A program made the position numbers and the translations under genes. Under the pieces are notes generated by a model that searched no databases, had not been told where the DNA came from, and saw only the letters and a list, made by a program, of their open reading frames with translations. From NCBI GenBank assembly GCA_963804645.1, contig CAWDRG010000008.1, positions 1-64,000 on the forward strand: a stretch of DNA of 64,000 nucleotides, written 5' to 3'. The DNA comes from an uncultured Bacillota bacterium (GTDB taxonomy: Bacteria > Sysuimicrobiota > Sysuimicrobiia > Sysuimicrobiales > Segetimicrobiaceae). How positions within the stretch are numbered: position 1 is the first letter of the stretch; every line of letters begins with the position of its first letter. Positions 1 to 11,457 of this stretch are shown one piece after another.

Positions 1-3000
1 GTTCAGCGTCACCGTGTTCGCCGCGTTGCCGAGGTTGGTGTCGGCACTCACGCTCAGGGTACCCGCTGTTACGGTGGCCCCGCCCGTAAACGTGTTTACG
101 CCGCTCAGGACCAGGGTCCCGGCACCGTCGAGCGTTAGTCCGCCCGCCCCACTCAGTACCCCCGACAGCGTCAGCGTCGTCGCCGCGCTCGGACTCAACG
201 CGCCGCCGCCCAGCGTGACGTTCCGGGCCGAGCCGAAGGTGGCGGTGCTCACCAGCGTCCCGCTATTCAGCGCGACGGTATTGGCCGCGTTCCCGAGGTT
301 ACTGTCGGCACTCACGCTCAGGGTGCCCGCTGTTACGGTGGCCCCACCCGTAAACGTGTTTACGCCGCTCAGGACCAAGGTTCCGGCGCCGTTGAGCGTC
401 AGGCCGCCCGCTCCACTCAGCACGCCCGACAGCGTCAGTGTCGTCCCGCCATTCGGGCTAATGACCCCGCCGCCCAGCGTCACGTTTCGGGTCGAGGCGA
501 ACGTTGCGGTAGTCGCCAGCGTCCCACCGTTCAGCGTGACGGTATTCGCCGCATTCCCGAGGTTATTGTCCGCGCCCACGCTCAGGATGCCGGCGGTAAT
601 GGTGGTCCCGCCCGTGTATGTGTTGACGCCGGTGAGCGTGCTCGTGCCGCCGCCGGAGGTTGTCAACCCACCGTTGCCGGAGATCACCCCCGAGAACGTC
701 GCGGTGTTCCCGCCGTTATTGAGCGTGCCCCCGCCGCTCAACGTGATCACGCGCGCGGAGGTCCCAAACCCCGCCGCGTTGACCAGCAGGGTCCCCGCGG
801 CCAGCGTGAGCCCGCCGGTCCCGAGATTGCTGTCGGTGCTGATGCTCAGCACGCCGCTGTTGACCGTCGTGCCGCCAGAATACAAGTTCGTCCCCCCGAG
901 CACGACCGTCCCCGGGCCCTGCACCGTGAGCCGCCCGGTCCCGACGAGGGTGCCCGACAGCGTCGTCGTGAAGCCACTGGGATTGATCGTGCCCCCGGCT
1001 CCCCCGGCGTTCAACTGGATCGTCCGGGCCGAGGTGACGTTCGCCGTCAGTTGCAGCGTAGCGTTCTGCAACGACAGCAGGTTCGCTGGGTCGCCGAGAT
1101 TGCTGTCACTGCCAATGCTCAGCGTGGAGTTCTGGACGATGACGGCGCCACCGTTGAAGGTGTTGGTACCAGAGAGCGTGACGGCGCCGCCGCCGAAGAT
1201 GGCGAGATCGCCCGTGCCGCTCATCACGCCGGCATAGGTACCGCTCCCGCCCTGGTTAAAGATGACCTCGTTGTTGTTCACGATGTTCCCTTGGAGGCTC
1301 ACGGTCGTCCCTTGCAGGATCCCCGTGTTGACGGTCGTGCCGCCGCTGTAGGTGTTCGTGCCGCTCAGCGTGGTCGTGCCGGCCCCCGCGAACGTCAACG
1401 CCCCGGCGCCGGAGATCACGCCGGAGAGCGTGATGGTATTGCCGCCGTTGTCGATCGTCCCACCGCCGCCGTTCACCGTGATCGTCCGCGCCGATGTCCC
1501 AAACCCATTCGCATTGATCACGAGCGTACCGCCGTTGAAGGTCACTGTCCCGGCAGCGTTGCCGAGGTTACTGTCCGCAGCCACGCTCACCGTACCCGCC
1601 GTGAGCGTCGTCCCGCCCGTGTACGTGTTCGTCCCGCTCAGCGTGAGCGTGCCCCCGCCCACCGTCACCCCGCCCGCCCCGCTGACGATCCCCGACAGCG
1701 TCAGCGTCCCGGTGTCCCCGCCGTCCCCCACCGTCAGCCCCGCCGCGTCCGCCACGTTCCCCGACAGCGTGCTCACTTGCCCGGTGCTCACCAGCAGCGT
1801 CCCGCCCGCGCCCGCCGTCGTCAGGCTCCCCGCCCACGTGAGCCCCGTGGTCATCGACAGCGTCCCGTTCGTCGCCCCGCCGCCCGCCTGCGTCCCGCCC
1901 AGCGTCAGTGCCCCCAGCGCCGCGCCGAGGTTCCCCGCCGCACTCACGCTCAGCGTCCCCGCGATCACGTTGGTGCTCGTCTGCTGGTTGTTCCGCGTCG
2001 ACAGCACCAGCGTTCCGCTGTTCGGGCTCTGCGTGTTCAGGTCCAACGTCGTCGCCGTGATCTGCGTCGCCCACGGCAGCGTCCCGCCCGTCGGCACCTC
2101 ACAGTCCAGCGGATCCGGGCCCGTGCACGCCCCCGGGTCCAGCGTCACGTCCACCGCATTCGCCTGATAGCGTCAGCTCCGGCGTCAACAGCCCGATGCT
2201 CACCCCGCCCTGCGTCAGCGTCCCGAACGTCCCCGTGACGCCCCCGGCCGCCGTCAGGATCGTGTACTCCGTCCCCGCCGTGTACGCCCCCGCGTCGAAC
2301 GTCAGCGCCAGCGTCCCCGCCAGCGACGCCGACCCGCTCGCCACCAGTTCGCTCGCCATCGTCGGGTTGGCTTCGATCGACAGCGTGTCGCCCGCCCCCT
2401 GCGTGTAGTTCCCCGCCACCGTCAGCGTCCCGATCGTCCCGCCCGGCGCCACCGTGCCACCGTTCGTCACCGTCCCGCTGACCGTCCCGTGGCCCGCCAG
2501 CGTCCCGCCCGCCTGCACCGTCACGTTCCCGCCGTACGTGACCCCGGGGATCGCCGCGCTCCCGACCTCCAGCGTCCCGCTCGTCACCGTGAACGTCCCC
2601 GTCGCGCCACTCGCTGTCCCGGTCAGCAGCAGCATCCCGGCGCCATTCAGCGCGAGCGCCCCGCTGCCGCGTCAGCGTCCCCGACAGCGTCAGCGTCGTG
2701 CCCCCGCTCGGGATGAACGTCCCGCCGCCCGCGCCCGCCGTCACCGTCCGCGCCGACGTGAACGTCCCCGTCGTCGCGAGCGCTCCGCCGTTCAGCGTCA
2801 CGCCGTTCGCCGCATTGCCGAGGTTCGCGTCGGCGCCCACGCTCAGCGTCCCCGCCACGAGCGTGTTGCCGCCCGTGAACGTGTTCGTCCCGGACAAGAG
2901 CAGCGTCCCCGCTCCGTTCAACGTGAGGCCGCCGCTGCTGCTGAGCACCCCCGACAGGGTCAGCGCCGTCGCCGCGTTCGGGCTGAAGACTGCCCCCCCC

Positions 3001-6000
3001 AGCGTCACCGCCCGCGCCGAACTAAACGTCGCCGTGGTCTGCAGCGTCCCCGCGGTCAGCGTCAGGGCGCCCGCGCCGCCGAGATTGGCGTCCGCGCTGA
3101 TGGAGAGGATGCCGCCAGTCGCGCTGAGCGTCGTCCCGCCCGTGTACGTATTGGTCCCGGAGAGGACGATCGTGCCGACGTTGGCGCCGCCCCCCGCCGC
3201 GAGCCCACCACTGCCCCCGATCACTCCGCTCAGGGTCAGGGTCCCGTTGAACGAGCTGACGGTGCCGCCGCCCGACCCCAACGTGAATCCTCGTGCGGAG
3301 GTAAACGTCGCGTCACCAATCAGCCTGCCGCCGCTTAAGGTCACCACGTTGGCGGCGTTCCCGAGATTGTTGTCCGCGCGTAATCTCAACCTGTCCGGCG
3401 TTTGAGATCATGACTCCGCCGGTGAAGGTGTTCGTCCCGGAAAGGATCAGCCGCCCGGTGGCCCCGTTCTCGATCAGGCCGCCGCTGCCGCTCAGCGTGC
3501 CGGAGAGCGTCAGCGAGAAGCCGTTCGTCGTAAGAGCCCCGCCACCGAGCGTGACGTTGCGCGCCGACGTGTAGTTCCCCGTCGTCAGCAGCGCTCCGCC
3601 GTTCAACGTAACGGCGTTGGCCGCGTTGCCGAGCTGGTTATCGAGACTGATGTCCAGCGTGCCGCTGGTGATCGTCACGCCGCCCGTGAATGTGTTCGTT
3701 CCGGACAGGAGCAGCGTCCCGGCGCCGTTGAGGGCCAGCCCACCCCCGCCGCTCAGGACCCCCGACAGCGTCAGCGTGGCGCCGCTGTCCGGCTGGAATG
3801 ACCCGCCGCCCAGCGTCACGTTCCGCCCCGACGCGAACGTCGCGTTCGCCTCCAGCGCCCCGCCGTTCAGCGCCACCGTGTTCGCCGCATTCCCCAGATC
3901 GGCGTCGGCGCCAACGCTCAGGTTGCCGGCCGTGATCGTGTTGCCACCGGTATAGCTGTTGCTGGCGTCCGACAGGAGCAGCGTCCCGGCGCCGTTGAGG
4001 GCAAGACCGCTGGCCCCGCTCAGCAGGCCGGACAGTGTCAGCGTCGCCCCGCTGTCCGGCTGAAACATCCCACCCCCCAGCGTCACCGCCCGCGCCGACG
4101 CGAACGTCGCGTTCGCTTCCAACGCCCCGCCGTTCAGCGTCACGGTGTTCGCCGCGTTTCCCAGATCGGCGTCGGCCCCGACGCTCAGCGTGCCGGCCGT
4201 GATCGTGTTTCCGCCCGTGTAGCTGTTGCTCGCGTCGGAGAGAACGAGCGTCCCTGCACCGTTCAGCGTCAGGCCGCCACTGCCGCTAAGGAGTCCCGAC
4301 AGCGTCAGCGTCGTCGCGGCCCCCGGCTCGAGCGTGCCGCCGCCGAGGGTCACGGCGCGGGCCGAGGTGAACGTCGCCGTCGTCTGGAGCTGGCCGCCGC
4401 CGTTCAGGGTCAGCCCGCCCGAGGCGTTACCCAGGTTGGCATCCGCGCCGATCTGCAGGATGCCGTTCTGCAGCGTCGTGCCGCCCGTGTACGTGTTCGT
4501 ACCCGTGAGCACCAGCGTCCCGATGCCGTTCAACTCGCTCAGCGGACCCCCACTCACGACGCCGGACAGTGTCAGGGTCCCGCTGAGCGGTGTAATGATC
4601 CCGCCGCCGGCGCCCAAAATGATCGACCGCGCCGAGGAAAGCGTCGCGGTACTCTTCAACTCGCCGCTCACGGTCACCGAGTTGCTCGCGTTGCCGAGGT
4701 TGGCGTCAGACGAGATGTCAATCTCTCCGCTTGCGATGTTGACGCCGCCGGTGAATGTGTTAGTGCCAGACAGGAACATCCGCGCGGTGCCGTTCTCGGT
4801 CAGCCCGCCGCTCCCGCTCAAAACACCGGAGAGCGTCAGGGCGAAAGCGTTGGTGGTGAACGCACCGCCGCCCAGCGTCATGTTCCGCGCCGACGTGAAT
4901 GACCCGGTCGTCACGAGCGCGCCGCCGTTAAGCACCACGGTGTTCGAGGCGTTGCCGAGATCGGCGTCCGCCGCCACGCTCAGGTTCCCCGCCGTGATCG
5001 TGACGTTCCCCGTGAAGGTGTTGCTGGCGTCGGCGAGGATCAGCGTCCCCGCTCCGTTGAGGGTGAGTCCGCCGCTGCCGCTCAGCAGGCCCGACAGCGT
5101 CAGCGTCGTCGCGCCGCTCGGACCGAACGATCCGCCGCCGAGCGTGATGCTCCGCGCCGAGCTGAACGTCGCGGTCGTCGCGAGCGCCCCGCCGTTGAGC
5201 GTCACGACGTTGGCGGCATTCCCCAGGTCGGCGTCGGCCCCAACGCTCAGGGTGCCGGCCGTGATGGTGTTGCCGCCCGTGTAGCTGTTGCTGGCGTCGG
5301 AGAGGATCAGCGTCCCCGCGCCGTTCAGCGTCAGCCCGCTGCTCCCGCTCAAGAGGCCGGACAGCGTATGCGTCGCTCCGCTGTCCGGCTGGAACGCCCC
5401 GCCGCCGAGCGTCACCGCCCGCGCCGACGCGAACGTCGCGTTCGCCTCGAGCGCCCCGCCGTTCAGCGTGACCGTGTTCGCCGCGTTTCCCAGATCGGCG
5501 TCGGCGCCGACACTCAGGTTCCCGGCGGTGATGGTGTTACCGCCCGTGTAGCTGTTGCTCGCGTCCGACAGCAGCAGCGTCCCGGCGCCGTTCACCGTCA
5601 GCCCGCTGGCGCCGCTCAACAAACCCGAGAGGGTCAGCGTTGCCCCGCTGTCCGGCTTGAACGCCCCGCCGCCGAGCGTCACCGCCCGCGCCGAGCTGAA
5701 CGTCGCGTTCGCCTCCAGCGTGCCGCCGTTCAGCGTCACCGTGTTTGCGGCGTTGCCCAGGTTCGCGTCGGCCCCAACGCTCAGGTTGCCGGCCGCAATC
5801 GTGTTGCCGCCCGTGTAGCTGTTGCTGGCGCCCGAAAGGATCAGCGTGCCCGCCCCGTTCAACGTCAACCCGCCGGTATTGCTCAGGACCCCCGACAGCG
5901 TCAGCGCCGTCGCCGCGTTCGGACTGAAGGTGCCGCCGGTGAGCGCGACCGCCCGGGCGGAGCTGAAGCTGGCCGTCGTCACTAACGTCCCGCCGGTGTG

Positions 6001-9000
6001 CAGCGTCACGCCGCCCGAGGCCGCGCCCAAATTGGCGTCGGCACCGATGCTGAGGGGCCCGCTCCAAATCAGGGTCCCGCCCTGGTACGTGTTCGTGCCG
6101 GTGAGCACGAGCGTGCCGGTACCGTCATCGAGCTGCACGTTCCCGGCGCCGCTGATCACGCCCGTGAGGGTCAGCGTCTTCCCGGCGCCGATCGACAGAT
6201 ATCCGCCGAAACTCGGGTTCCCGTAAGTGGTGGGTACCGTGACCGCCCGTGCCGAGCTGAAGCTGTTGGTGACCGACAGGACGTAGTTGCCTTCGAGCGT
6301 GAGCCCGCCGGCCGCATTCCCCAAGTTGGCGTCGGCGGACACGCTCAGGTTGGAGTACACCGCAGTACCGCCCGTGTAGGTGTTCGTCCCGGACAGCGTG
6401 ATGGCCCCACCGCCGACCGCCACCAGCCCGCCGCTGCCCGAGATGACCCCTGAGGCGGTCAAAAACCCGGCTGTTTCGTCGAGCTCTCCGCCGCCCGAGA
6501 GCGCGATCCCCCGTGCCGTGCCAATAGTCGCGGTCGTCTGCAGGATCGCGCCGCTGTTGAGCGTGATGTTGTTCGCCGCGTTGCCGAGGTAGGCGTCCGC
6601 GCCCACACTCAGGGTCCCGGTCGTCACGCTGATGCCGCCCGTGAAGGTGTTATTCTGGCCGCTCTGCGGGTTGAGCAGCAGCTCCCCCGACCCACTCATC
6701 GTCAGCCCGCCGCTGCCGGTGATCGCGTCGGTCATTGTCCAGGTCTTCCCGGAGCTCACGCTGAACGCCCCGCCGCCCAGCGTCACCGGCCGCGCCGACG
6801 TGAACGTCTGCGTGGCCGTCAGCGTGCCGCCGTTCAGGGTCAGCGAGTTGGCGGCGGCGCCCAGGTCGGCGTCGGCACCCACGCTCAGCGTGCCGGCGGT
6901 GATGGTGTTGCCGCCCGTATAGCTGTTGCTGGCGTCCGAGAGGATCAGCGTCCCGGCCCCGTTGAGCGTCAGCCCGCTGCTGCCGCTCAGCAAGCCCGAC
7001 AGCGTCAGCGTCTTCCCAGCGTCCGGCTGAAACGCCCCGCCGCCGAGCGTCACGCTCCGCGCCGACGTGAACGTCGCGTTCGCCTCCAGCGCCCCACCGT
7101 TCAGCGTCACCGTGTTCGCTGCGTTGCCCAGGTCGGCGTCGGCGCCGACACTCAGGTTCCCGGCGGTGATCGTGTTGCCGCCGGTGTAGCTGTTGCTCGC
7201 GTCGGAGAGGAGCAGCGTCCCGGCGCCGTTCACAGTCAGCCCGCTGCTCCCGCTCAGCAGGCCGGACAGTGTCAGCGTCGCCCCGCTGTCCGGCTGGAAC
7301 GCCCCGCCACCCAGCGTGATCGCCCGCGCCGACGCGAACGTCGCGTTCGCCTCCAGCGCCCCACCGTTGAGTGTGACCGTGTTGGCCGCGTCGCCCAGGT
7401 CGGCGTCGGCCCCGACGCTCAGGTTGCCGGCCGTGATCGTGTTCCCGCCCGTGTAGCTGTTGCTGGCATCCGAAAGGAGAAGCGTCCCGGCCCCGTTCAG
7501 CGTCAGCCCCCCGGTGCTGCTCAGCAGCCCCGACAGCGTGAGCGTCGTCGCGGCCCCCGGGCCGAATGTGCCGCCGCCGAGCGTCACCGCGCGCGCCGAG
7601 GCAAACGTCGCCGTCGACACCAACTTGCCGCCGTTCAACGTCAGGCCGCCAGACGCGTTGCCCAGATTAGCGTCGGCGCCGACGCTCAGGGTGCCCGCCG
7701 TGACAATGGTCCCGCCCTGATACGTGTTCGTGCCGGACACCACCAGCGTGCCGAAGTTCGCCAAAATCAGGTTCCCGGCCCCGCTCAGCACCCCGGTGAG
7801 GGTCAGCGTTCTCCCCGCCTCTACGTTGATGTTGCTGTTCGCGGGATTCGCAACGGTCGTGAACGTGAAGTTGCGCGCTGAGGTGAAACCTGAGGTGATT
7901 TGCAGGTAGCTATCGGCGCCCCCGAACGTCACCGAACCGGCTGCCGCTCCGAGGTTGGCATCGGCAGATACGAGGAGACTGGTGTAAATGACAGTCCCGC
8001 CCGTGTAGGTGTTCGTCCCAGACAGTGTCAGCCAGACACCGCCGCCTGTCTCGGTCAGGCCGCCGTTCCCCGAGATCACCCCCGAGACGGTCCATGCTCC
8101 GCTTGACGGCTCAAGCGTGCCGCCGCCCGAGAGCGAGATCGCCCGCGCCGTGGTGATGATCCCCCCGTTCATCTCCAGCGTGCCGGCGTTGAGCGTCACG
8201 CCGTTCGCCGCATTGCCGAGCTGGTTGTCGGCGCTCACCTGCAGGGTACCGGTCGTCACCGTGACGCCGTTCGTGAACGTGTTCCCGCTGCCGCCCGCAG
8301 AGAGCACGAGCGTCCCGGCACCGTTCAGCGTCAACCCGCCGCTGCCGCCCAGCACCCCGGACAGGGTCAGCGTCGTCCCGTTGTTCGGGCTGATCGCCCC
8401 GCCGCCCAGCGTGACATTCCGCGCCGAGGCGAACGTCGCCGTCGTCTGCAGCGCTCCACCGTTGAGCGTCACCGTGTTCGCCGCGGCGCCCAGGTCGGCG
8501 TCGGCACCCACGCTCAGGTTCCCAGCCGTAATTGTGTTGCCGCCCGTGTAACTGTTGCTGGCGTCGGAGAGGACGAGCGTGCCGGCCCCGTTGAGATTGA
8601 GCCCACCGGCGCCGGCCAGGAGGCCCGACAGGGTCAGCGTCACCCCGCTGTCCGGCTGGAACGCACCGCCGCCCACGGTGACGCCTCGCGCCGACGCAAA
8701 CGTCGCATTTGCCTCCAGTGCGCCGCCGTTGAGGGTCACCCCGTTGGCCGCGGCCCCGAGATCGCCGTTGGCGCCGACGCTCAGGTTGCCCGCCGTGATC
8801 GTGTTGCCGCCCGTGTAGCTGTTGCTCGCGTCCGACAGCAACAACGTCCCCGCGCCGTTCACCGTCAGCCCGCTGCTCCCGCTCAGCAAGCCGGACAGTG
8901 TCAGCGTCGCCCCACTGTCCGGCTGGAACGCCCCGCCCCCCAGCGTCACCGCCCGCGCCGAGCTGAACGTCGCGTTCGCCTCCAGCGCCCCGCCGTTCAG

Positions 9001-10794
9001 CGTCACCGAGTTCGCCGCGTTCCCCAGGTTGGCGTCCGCGCCCACGCTCAGGTTCCCGGCCGTGATGGTGTCCCCGCCCGTGAACGTGTTCGTCCCACTG
9101 AGCAGCAGCGTGCCGGCCCCGTTCAGCGTCAACCCGCCGGTGCTGCTCAGGACGCCTGACAGCGTCAGCGTCGTCGCGGCGTTTGGGCTGATCGTCCCTC
9201 CCGCCAGCGTCACGGCCCGCGCCGAGCTGAAGGTCGCCGTCGTCTGAAACGTGGCGGAGGTCAGCGTGAGCCCACCCGAGGCGGCGCCCAGGTTCGCGTC
9301 CGCGCTCACCGAGAGCGCCCCCCCGCTCATATCGACATTCGTGCCGCCCGTGTAGGTGTTGGTTCCCGAAAGCACCAGCGTCCCGCCGGACCCTCCCTGT
9401 GGTTTCATCGTGCCGCTGCCGCTGATGACGCCCGACAGCGTGGTGGTCCCGGCGAACGGGGTGATGTTCTCGTTGCCTGCGCCCAGCGTGATCGCGCGGG
9501 ACGAGGCGAAGCCGGAGGAGATAAACAGCCTGGCGTCGTTATTGAGAGTGATCGAGTTCGACGGGTCCCCCAACTGGTTATCAGCCGTGACTTGGAGCTG
9601 TACGGTCGTCGCCGTGACCCCGCCCGTGAACGTGTTCGTGCCCGTGAGATCCAGCCGCCCGGCGCCGTTGACGTTCAGCCCGCCGGTCCCGCTCAGGACG
9701 CCGGAGAGGGTGTAGGTGTTGGTGTTGGCCGTGATGGTGGCGCCGTTGCTCAGCGCGATGTTGCGGGCGGAGGCAAAGTTGCCCGCGGTGAGGAGCGTTC
9801 CGCCGTTCAGGGTGATGTTGTTGCTCGGGTCGCCGAGGTTGTTGTCCGCGCCGAATGAGAGGGTGCCCGTCGTGACGCTGATGCCGCCGGTAAACGTGTT
9901 CGTCCCGCTCAGCACGAGCGTCCCGGCCCCGGTCAGGGTCGAACCGCCCGACCCACTCAGCACCCCCGAGAGCGTCAGCGTCACCCCGCTATCCGGCTGG
10001 AAGGTACCCCCGCCGAGCGTGATGTTCCGCGCCGACGCGAAGGTCGACGTCGCCTCCAGGATGCCGCCGTTCAACGTGACGCTCCCGGCGGCGTTGCCGA
10101 GTTTCGCGTCCGCGCCGACCTGGAGCGTGCCGGCCGCGATCGTCGTTCCGCCCGTGTACGTGTTCGTCCCGGACAGCAGCAGCGTGCCGCCGTTCAGCGT
10201 GAGTGCCCCGGCGCCGCTGATGATTCCGGACAGCGTGACGGTCCCCGTGCCGTTGCTTCCGACGTCCAGGGCGGCCGCGTTATTGATGTTCCCGGTGAAC
10301 GTCCCCGACTGTCCCGAACTGACGCTCAGGTCCCCGCCGGTCCCGCCGGTCGTGATGCCGCCGTTCCACGTGAATCCCGTCGTCTCGAGCAGATTGCCAA
10401 ACGTATTGCCACCGCCGGCCTGCGAGCCGCCGATCGTCAGGGTGAGCCCGGCTCCCGAGCCGCCGAGGTTGACGGCTGCGCTGACGTCGATCTGCCCAGC
10501 ATCGATCGTCGTATTGGTCTGGGTGTTCGTGCCGCCGAGTGTGAGGGTGCCGTTGTTGGGGCTGGTTGTGTTGATGACGAGGTTCGTGTCGGTGATCGCC
10601 GTGTTATACGTGAAGTTGCCGGTCGGGACCTCACAGTCGGTGGTGCCCATGCCGTTCGAGATACAGCTCTGCGCCTCCGCCGGGATGACGAGCGCGGCGC
10701 CCTGGAGCGACACCACCAGCGCGACGATCACCGCCGCGCAGCAGGCGTCCCTCCGGACGCGGGACCACGTGCCGCGAGCGCTACGCCGTCCCAA
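1..10794 (-). CDS. Giant autotransporter-associated beta-strand repeat (PATR) beta-helical adhesin; 3' end outside window; three +1 frameshifts (~3378, ~2670, ~2170)
   Basis: ORF 3313..10794 (2493 aa) has a signal peptide ending ...PAEA-Q and repeated GAGTLxLSGxNTYTGG motifs. The same repeats continue in ORFs 2145..3389 and 2099..2635, then in a frame open from 2169 to position 1. Confidence 0.9.
2650..10200 (-). repeat. Intragenic tandem repeat of ~267 nt (~89 aa), 28 units counted in the first module
   Basis: Unit ASNSYTGGNTITAGNLSVGADADLGNAANTVTLNGGALEANATF...GAGTLILSD. Antisense shadow ORFs recur at 267-nt spacing (5288/5555, 7193/7460, 8555/8822). Confidence 0.9.
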
Positions 10795-11032
10795 CGCTCA
10801 CAAACCGCCCTGGCGCGCTTCCGGAATACGTCTCGACCGGCGGCGCGCCGCCGGCCACGTCGATGTGCCGCCGATTCCATTCGGGGTCGTCCAACTCCAT
10901 GCCCGGGCGCGCCGCCGCGCGGCACGACCCAGACCGGTGAGAGCCGACCGTTCGACTCGGCACACTATCGCGCGCCCCCCGAAACAGCCCAAAAAGCAGA
11001 ACGAAGTCAGAGCGATGCGTCCCGTCTCCGGC

Positions 11033-11110
11033 TTCGGCAGCCCCGCTGACCCAAGCATCTGGCCCGGTGGCTTTGCGTCCCTGGGTTACCCCAAGTTTGC
11101 CCTTATCGTG
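11033..11110 (-). ncRNA. c-di-GMP-I (GEMM) riboswitch upstream of the giant adhesin
   Basis: Minus strand reads AAGGGCAAACTTGGGGTAACCCAGGGACGCAAAGCCACCGGGCC...GGTCAGCGGGGCTGCCGAA, matching the GGCAAAC / GACGCAAAGCC / AGCGGG..GCCGA consensus. The position equivalent to Vc2 G20 is G (c-di-GMP type rather than cGAMP type). Confidence 0.92.
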
Positions 11111-11457
11111 CCCGACGCGCCTGTCTGAAAGTCTCCGTCCCTCCCACTTAATGACACGCGACAACGATACCGCGACTCACCATATACAGTCGAAAGCGGT
11201 ATATGCGCGGCATACGCTAGCAACGTACCCCGGCTGAATGGATTTGAGACCCGGGAGGGGGCCCGGTTCCGATCAGTTGTTCGGTATCAGTGTGCCGTGG
11301 TATACACCCTGAATCAATAGAGAGTTTGCTCTACGCCTCCCGAAGGAAGTTTGCAATCCTGTCGGCCATGATACGGGGCCCGTGGTGAAGAAAATGACTG
11401 AAAAGCGCACAAGAATCGCGAGCAAAAGGAGCACACGTTTGATGATTTGGCTGCGTT

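Noticed and set aside
2650..10200. Regular repeats with variable intervening sequence as a possible CRISPR array or DGR
   Set aside because: Units are ~267-nt in-frame coding repeats. There are no short identical repeats with unique spacers, and no cas or reverse transcriptase gene.
11033..11110. Possible c-AMP-GMP (GEMM-Ib) variant
   Set aside because: The specificity position is G (AGGGCAAAC), which is the c-di-GMP form.
14..11128. Many plus-strand Pro/Val/Ser-rich ORFs (up to 470 aa)
   Set aside because: Antisense shadows of the repetitive adhesin; their stops fall opposite the recurring TAC codons.
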